Positions 58,260 through 64,000 of a stretch of DNA of 64,000 bases are shown in pieces; position 1 is the first letter of the stretch, and the number at the start of each line of letters is the position of its first letter. Origin of the DNA: Chrysomallon squamiferum (taxonomy: Eukaryota; Animalia; Mollusca); NCBI GenBank assembly GCA_012295275.1, contig CM022674.1, forward strand, positions 1,240,001 to 1,304,000, written 5' to 3'. Below the pieces are notes generated by a model. That model was not told the DNA's origin. It saw only the letters and a program-made list of their open reading frames with translations, and made no database searches. Made by a program: the position numbers and the translations under genes.

Positions 58260-60485
58260 TCAGTTCAGTTCCTCTTCCGAGTGTTTGAGTTTGTGAGGCG
58301 CAAACTGGGCGGGTCCCAGCACCGCCCGGTTACACCCGAGGAACGTGCAGTGGTAGTGCGTCTGCTTCCGGTAGTACGTGCACGTCTCCACGCCGCAGCT
58401 CTGTGTGCCCGTGTACTTCTGGAAGCCGTGGGAGCTGACGTTGTCCTCCTTCACGTGGTACTTGCGGTGCGCCATCACCTTGCTGGAGTCCGCGCAGACG
58501 AAGGGGCAGCGCAGGCAGTGGAAGTGCGACGACTTCCCCGTCAGCTCGCAGTCCGACCGGCCACACGGCGCCGTCACGCGGAACTGCTGGAACTCGTCGC
58601 CCATGATGGCACTGAGCCGCTTGTGCCGCAGCGTGTGCTGGACCATGCGCGACCGGTCGCTGAAGCCGTAGCCGCAGTCAGCCTGCGAGCAGTGGAAGTG
58701 CGTCACGCTCTGCCGGTAGGCGCAGTGCGACTGGCCGCAGTCCTCGTTGTACCAGTAGCGGACGTACCCGCTCGGCACCGTGTCATCTTTGTCGGGTCGG
58801 CGAGGACTCGACAGACGGCGCTGTTTCGCCGATGCTGATGCTGCTGGTGTTGTAGTAGTGTCGCTGTTGACAAAACCGTCGTGGCGAGTGTGTGTGCGTT
58901 TTCGAGAGGATCGCCTGGAGGTTAGCGATGCTGGGTCAGGACTCTCCTCGGTGTTCGACCTGCTGTCCTCGAACGACTCGTCAATCTCCAGACAGCCTCC
59001 ATCCTCGTTGTCCATGTCGATGCTTCCCAGCGTAACGTCGAACTCCGAGACGTTGTTCTCGCTCTCTTCTGCTTTCTCCTCACATGCAGGAGACACACAT
59101 GGAGAAGACTCTCCATCAACATCATCACTGCCGTTCTTCACCAACTTGTCATCTCCTGGACTCTCTTCCTCCCTTGCTTCAGCCAATGAAGCCTGCTGCT
59201 GACTCCCGCTGGTCAGATCCAGACCACACTCGGGTACAGGAACAGACACAGGAATGTGAGACGGCTTCGGGGCAATCATCTGCGGCTTCATCCCCCTCGT
59301 TGCGGGATCGGGCGCTCGAAGAAGATGCCATGCTTGCCGACGTGCATTCGCAGTCTGATGGGGTCAGAGAAGGCCTGGTTGCACTCTAGACAGTGGTAGT
59401 GATCTCTCTTCTTCAGCTTGCAGAAAGGTCGGCCACAGTTGGAGTTTATTCCGAAATGCATCCTGCTCTTCAGTGAAGCCCAGTTTGGCTGAGGCAGAGC
59501 GTTGGGACCTTTCTGCTTGAGCAAACTGGCCAGAGGGATGGTGTTTGGTGAAACCATCTGCATCTGAAGCATTGGCACCATCATCTGACCGATGACGGGC
59601 TGCTGCACGGCCGATGCTGACGTCAGCGTTGACAATGGCGGTGGACACGGCCTGAGAGACCATCTGCGAGAGGGCTGGGTTGATGTGGGGGATGGTGACC
59701 ACCGAGTTCTTCTGGCGCTTCGCAGCGGGAGACACTGGGTAGAAGGTGCCCGCTGGTTTTATCACAGTTTTGCTGTTGTGAGAATCGCCGGGCGTCGACG
59801 CGCTGGTCGGCACGATGGGGACAAACGATGCCATCTCCTTCTGGTAGAGAACCGAGGACACCCTCTGCGATGACGTCGCCGATCCGTACCTGTGCTTCTT
59901 GTCGTGCTGCGCCATGGTGCTGTGACGAACGAAGGAGTAGTCGCACTTTGGCACCATGCAGTGGAAGTGTCGGTTGGCGCGGTTGTTGTGGCAGTGCACG
60001 CGGCGACAGTCGACGTTGCGGTCGAAGAACTCGAAGCCTTCCAGGATGTTCACGAAGTTGTGGAAGTCTTTTGCGTGGAGGTTGAGCACGTCGAGCCTGT
60101 CTGTGGCGTGATGACACCGTGGCCGAGCACAGTGGAAGTGTTCCTTCTGGTAGAACTGGCACTGGGGGTCGGGACAGGTGGAGCCTTCTCTGAACCGCTG
60201 AAACCCATTGATGACATCGCTGTCCTTGTCGAACTTCCCCTCCACGAACAGACGCACCGACTCCGCGATCACATCGTTGGGCAGCTCCACTTTGGGAATG
60301 TTGGGGATGTCGCCCTTGGGGAATTTCGGAGGTCGGCCACGGCGACGTTTTTCCAGATCCGACTCCTGTTTGCTGTTGCCGTAGCGAATCTTGCCGATGG
60401 AGGCTTTGGCGTATTCGTGAATTCGGTAATGTTCCAGTCGAGCAAAGGCTGGACCTGTTGCAGGGATTTCATGAGAACATCCAGT
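58260..60485 (-). CDS. CASZ1: Castor-family terminal coding exon: AT-hook plus six complete Castor fingers, with two apparent compensating frameshifts
   Basis: Acceptor tctttgtag|ACT at 60485, in frame with ORF 59364..60290. Contains KRRRGRPPK and fingers beginning CPDPQC..HFHC, CRRVHC..HFHC, CGRPFC..HYHC (shifted frame, ORF 59288..59635), CGQSHC..HFHC, CGRSDC..HFHC and CGVETC..HYHC. Stop TGA at 58262-58260. GC-rich relative to its flanks. Confidence 0.9.
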
Positions 60486-60871
60486 CTACAAAGATAAAAT
60501 GAGATAAAATAAAACAAAACAAAACAAAACAAAATAAAATAAAATAAGTATGTAAAAATAAGTATGTACTTTCATTCAGTCTCAGGCATAACAGATATAA
60601 CAGTAAAGATTTGGTTTTATTTCAAAATATCCACTAAAAATTATGTTTACTTGGAAACAAAGTTAACCTTCACCACACACACAAATACATGTAATCTCAC
60701 ACAAACACAAACACAAACACACACACACACAAACACAAACACACACACACACACACTTATGCTATATACACAGATACACATGTATACACTATAAAGACAT
60801 ATGTACATAATACTCTACATTAAAAAAGAAAAAAAAAAAAAGACAAGACACAAAAGAATGTTTCCACCTAC

Positions 60872-60989
60872 CCAGTTACAGTGGTAGTGTTTCTCCTGCA
60901 GACTGAACTGACAGCTCTGTGGACAGGCCTCATCTGCCTCAAACTTGACGTAAACCAGCGGTGTTATTCGATCCTGGATTTCATGGAAT
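60872..60989 (-). CDS. CASZ1: Castor-family exon (118 bp, phase 2-0)
   Basis: gtttacag|A ... TGG|gtaggt. Encodes FHEIQDRITPLVYVKFEADEACPQSCQFSLQEKHYHCNW, and the finger continues as TGCSHE..HYRIH in the next exon. Confidence 0.9.
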
Positions 60990-61059
60990 CTGTAAACATT
61001 GAACAAACACGTTAATTTTAGTAACTGACCACTTACATAAAATCTTTATTCTTGTATTG

Positions 61060-61405
61060 ACTTGTAAAATAAAAACTATCACAGTAACATTCAAAGATGT
61101 CTGAGAAAACAAAATGTCTAAGTAACTGTTCTTGACTTTGCTGTTTAATTTCTATACTTTATTATTAGTAAAGGTTGATGTTGTGTGATTGATACTAACT
61201 AGTAAACTAAAACAACCACAGTAACATACAAAGTTAACTGAACAAACAAAATGCTTAACTATCTGTTCTTGGCTTTGCTGTTTAGTTTATATACTTTATT
61301 ATTAGTAAAGGTTGATTTTGCGTAACTAACTTGTAAATTAAAACAACCACATTAACTGTCTAAGTTCTATTACTTTCTTATTAGCTGAGATTGATGTTAT
61401 GTAAT
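61060..61405. repeat. Intronic tandem duplication, ~137-bp unit, two copies plus a partial third
   Basis: cacagtaaca at 61080 and 61217. The block ctgttcttg.ctttgctgttta...tatactttattattagtaaaggttgat is present in both copies. Confidence 0.85.
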
Positions 61406-61489
61406 TAATATAAAACATTCAGTTTGTGTAATGCAAAATGTATTTAGACCTGTCTGTACTTCATTTCTGGAGAATATTTTCACACTTAC

Positions 61490-61612
61490 TTGGCATGTTC
61501 TCGTACTCCATCTTTAGATCGGAACAGCACAACACACCCATCAACTCGACAGTGGTAGTGATCTTTGTACAAATACTGACAGCGCGAATTGCATGGGTCA
61601 TTAGCAGTGTAC
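61490..61612 (-). CDS. CASZ1: Castor-family exon (123 bp, phase 2-2)
   Basis: tttcacag|G ... AA|gtaagt. Encodes RYTANDPCNSRCQYLYKDHYHCRVDGCVVLFRSKDGVREHAK, a Castor-type C..C..HxHC..C..H finger completed by FHE in the next exon. Phases match both neighbours. Confidence 0.92.
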
Positions 61613-61662
61613 CTGTGAAAACATAAACAGTAATGTGAAAATCTGTGTGAGTGTGTGTGTGT

Positions 61663-61701
<39 letters not shown>

Positions 61702-61969
61702 TGCACATTTGTCAGTATTCCTTTCCCTCAATGGCTATGTTCATATATGTAGTTATTGGTTTGTGTATGTAACTTCTGGTATGGATATGTTTTAGAATAT
61801 TCTCAGACAGTTCTTGGTCATCAGATAAATGACAAATGAATACTTTATTTCTGATGTGTTACTTACATGTGACAAAATTAACTGAGCTTGATGTTGTGTT
61901 TGTTTTTCTTTTGTCATAACATCAGCATAGTTACATGCCATGACAGAGTTAATTCCCTTTAGCAATTTC

Positions 61970-62008
<39 letters not shown>

Positions 62009-62308
62009 CTAATGACCTTTAATTATTGTTATTTACTTGTAATAATAGTTATTTTTATTTAATCTTATTATTGTAGTTATTTTCAGTTCAAGTATTCATG
62101 TATAACACTATCAACAATCAGTCCTTTTTTTAGTTATTTTTATCAATATGTTACAGACTTAAAATTCTATATACGGAATTATTCTCATACAAAAGTTATT
62201 TCCCCTTCAGTCATTTTATTTCAAGTGCAACAATATTAACGTTCTTGTTAGCCAGAATACTACAACATCTCTGTTCTGAGCCTTCAGTGAACTGGAGAAA
62301 TTATTCAC

Positions 62309-63638
62309 CTGATCAGATAGGTCCTCCAAGCTTCGTCCTTCTCTCGTGGCACCCTCCAGTTCTCTGTCACTCTCTGCTGCGGAGCACTCAGCGACGTCGC
62401 AGCAGGCGATGCTGTCACTGAAAGCAACGTTGTTGGTGTAGCCAGTGCTAACGGTCTCAGTGCAGCAGAAGCTGTTGTTGGTGTCGTTGTTGGCGTTGTT
62501 GGCTGGGAATAGGGTGGGATCGGCAACGTCAGAGAGTCGCTCAGTTTCTCTTCCGTCACGACATCGGCGTAGCTGGACAGCGTGGAAGGCCCCGTGTTGT
62601 TAGCCATCGACTTCTGCACTGCCGTTGTAGTCTCGACTTCTTGTTTTATTTTGACTTCAGACGATGATGCTGTGGATGATGATGATGATGATGATGATGA
62701 AGACAATGTTGATGACGATGATGACGATGATGACGATATTGATGAAGCAACATCACCAACACCGGATGTAGATGACAAATTGACTGGAACAGAAGCAGAC
62801 GTCAGTGACAGATTCACTGCTGTTACTTCGGTAGTGGGTGTGGACGTTGCTGGGCTGACTGCACTAACACTCACCCCACCAGCAAGGGTGGGTACAGGTG
62901 TCACCCCACCAGCTGAGGTGGTCGTGGGACTTAATCCAACAGCTGGTGCAGATGTTACAGTTGTAGATACGCGACCTGTACCACTGCTGGACGCAGACAC
63001 GAGATTCAACGCACCGAGCGACACTGAACTGATTACACCAGCAGGAACGCTGACCAGACTTATTCCGCTGGCTGTCACACTCATTCCACTGACTGCTGCA
63101 GACACTGGGCTCACTCCATTGGCAGGGGCTATCACAGGACTTATTCTCATCAAGGACGAAGGTGTCGTTACGACAGCCGGTGCGGACCCCGACAGAGAAG
63201 TGACGGGAATCAGCACAGGCTCAGTCTTGATCTCGGTTCCAGGAATCATCACCGCTTTCCCGTCCAGCTCGGTCCTGATCACGTTCTGCACAGCTATCGT
63301 CTGTCCATTCTCCGTCTTGATGGTCAGTGGCAGCGACATCGACTGCAACGTCGTCTGCAGCCCCCCACCCCCCACCTGACTGCTGCCGGAGGTCTGAGAG
63401 TTGGGGGAGAGGACGGGCACTGCTGGAAGAAGAGGTGGGGGGTGCTGGCCCGGGGCTGGCTTCGCCTGCAGGGACACGAAGCCCTGGGGAGGGACAGCTG
63501 CCCGAGCTGGAGCCTGCTGCTGCTGCGACTGACGTTGCACCTGGCGGAAGTTGCGGTAGGCGTTTTCAAAGTCTCGTCTCTCGTGTCGACGTTTGTGAGA
63601 GTACAGCTGCGCTGTGGAGTGAAGGACGTAGTTACAGC
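62309..63638 (-). CDS. CASZ1: Castor-family zinc-finger TF, internal exon (first visible exon; gene continues past the right edge)
   Basis: Acceptor tttcag|GC at 63639/63638 and donor AG|gtgaat at 62309/62308. The exon is in frame with ORF 62305..63540 and starts (G)CNYVLHSTAQLYSHKRRHERRDFE, the C-terminal C2H2 half of a Castor finger. A long S/T/P/V/A low-complexity linker with a poly-Ser tract follows, ending ...EAWRTYLIR. Confidence 0.9.
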
Positions 63639-63860
63639 CTGAAATTTAAATAAATTAAATTTAAAAAAACTCCCATCTTCCATACATTTAATTTTAATTG
63701 AGTGATTAATATGGTATTCTAAGAACATAATTTCATTACGTGATGTTATGAAATTACAAAGTCATATCTTAAAATAGATAACAACTGGTCCATATTTAGG
63801 TAACCAAAGTTTAAGTTGAAATTATTTTAGGACTTCTTGAAGAGCTTACAGGATTAGGCA

Positions 63861-63919
<59 letters not shown>

Positions 63920-64000
63920 TTCTTGTTTTGTTTTAACTTTGGTTTATCAAAGATTCTGACACATCCATCCAAATTTCAATAATAATATTTCATTTTAGCA

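Noticed and set aside
59364-59366. Selenocysteine recoding of the in-frame TGA
   Set aside because: The conserved finger is in the other frame, Castor is not a known selenoprotein, and I recognised no SECIS.
59660-59740. Micro-intron explanation for the first castor frameshift (28-nt or 61-nt GT..AG)
   Set aside because: Weak donors (GTGGTC, GTGTCT), no AT-rich intron character, and the removed codons look coding.
58281-63379. Long plus-strand ORFs (58281..58838, 59892..60497, 62582..63379)
   Set aside because: Antisense shadows of GC-rich castor codons; they sit on the castor exons.

Overview
AT-rich animal genomic DNA with very many microsatellites. It is probably a mollusc or other lophotrochozoan, which is my inference from the repeat types and protein features. 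The only protein-coding gene I can support is the 3' part of a Castor/CASZ1-family zinc-finger transcription factor on the minus strand. Four GT-AG exons can be built in phase (63638-62309, 61612-61490, 60989-60872, 60485-58260), and the gene's 5' part lies beyond the right edge. As written, the last exon carries two compensating frameshifts (+1, then -1) around one Castor finger. The remaining ~58 kb is a gene desert. It holds three tRNA-Thr(CGT) copies, at least five clean minisatellites, several decayed tandem repeats, degenerate tRNA-derived SINE fragments, a Tigger/pogo-like transposon end and CpG-rich regulatory-looking islands. CpG content drops near 50.5 kb, which may mark the end of a very long castor 3' UTR or methylated gene body. 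Nearly all other ORFs in the track are microsatellite translations. I found no convincing new biological system; the double frameshift is the best lead but could be an assembly error.
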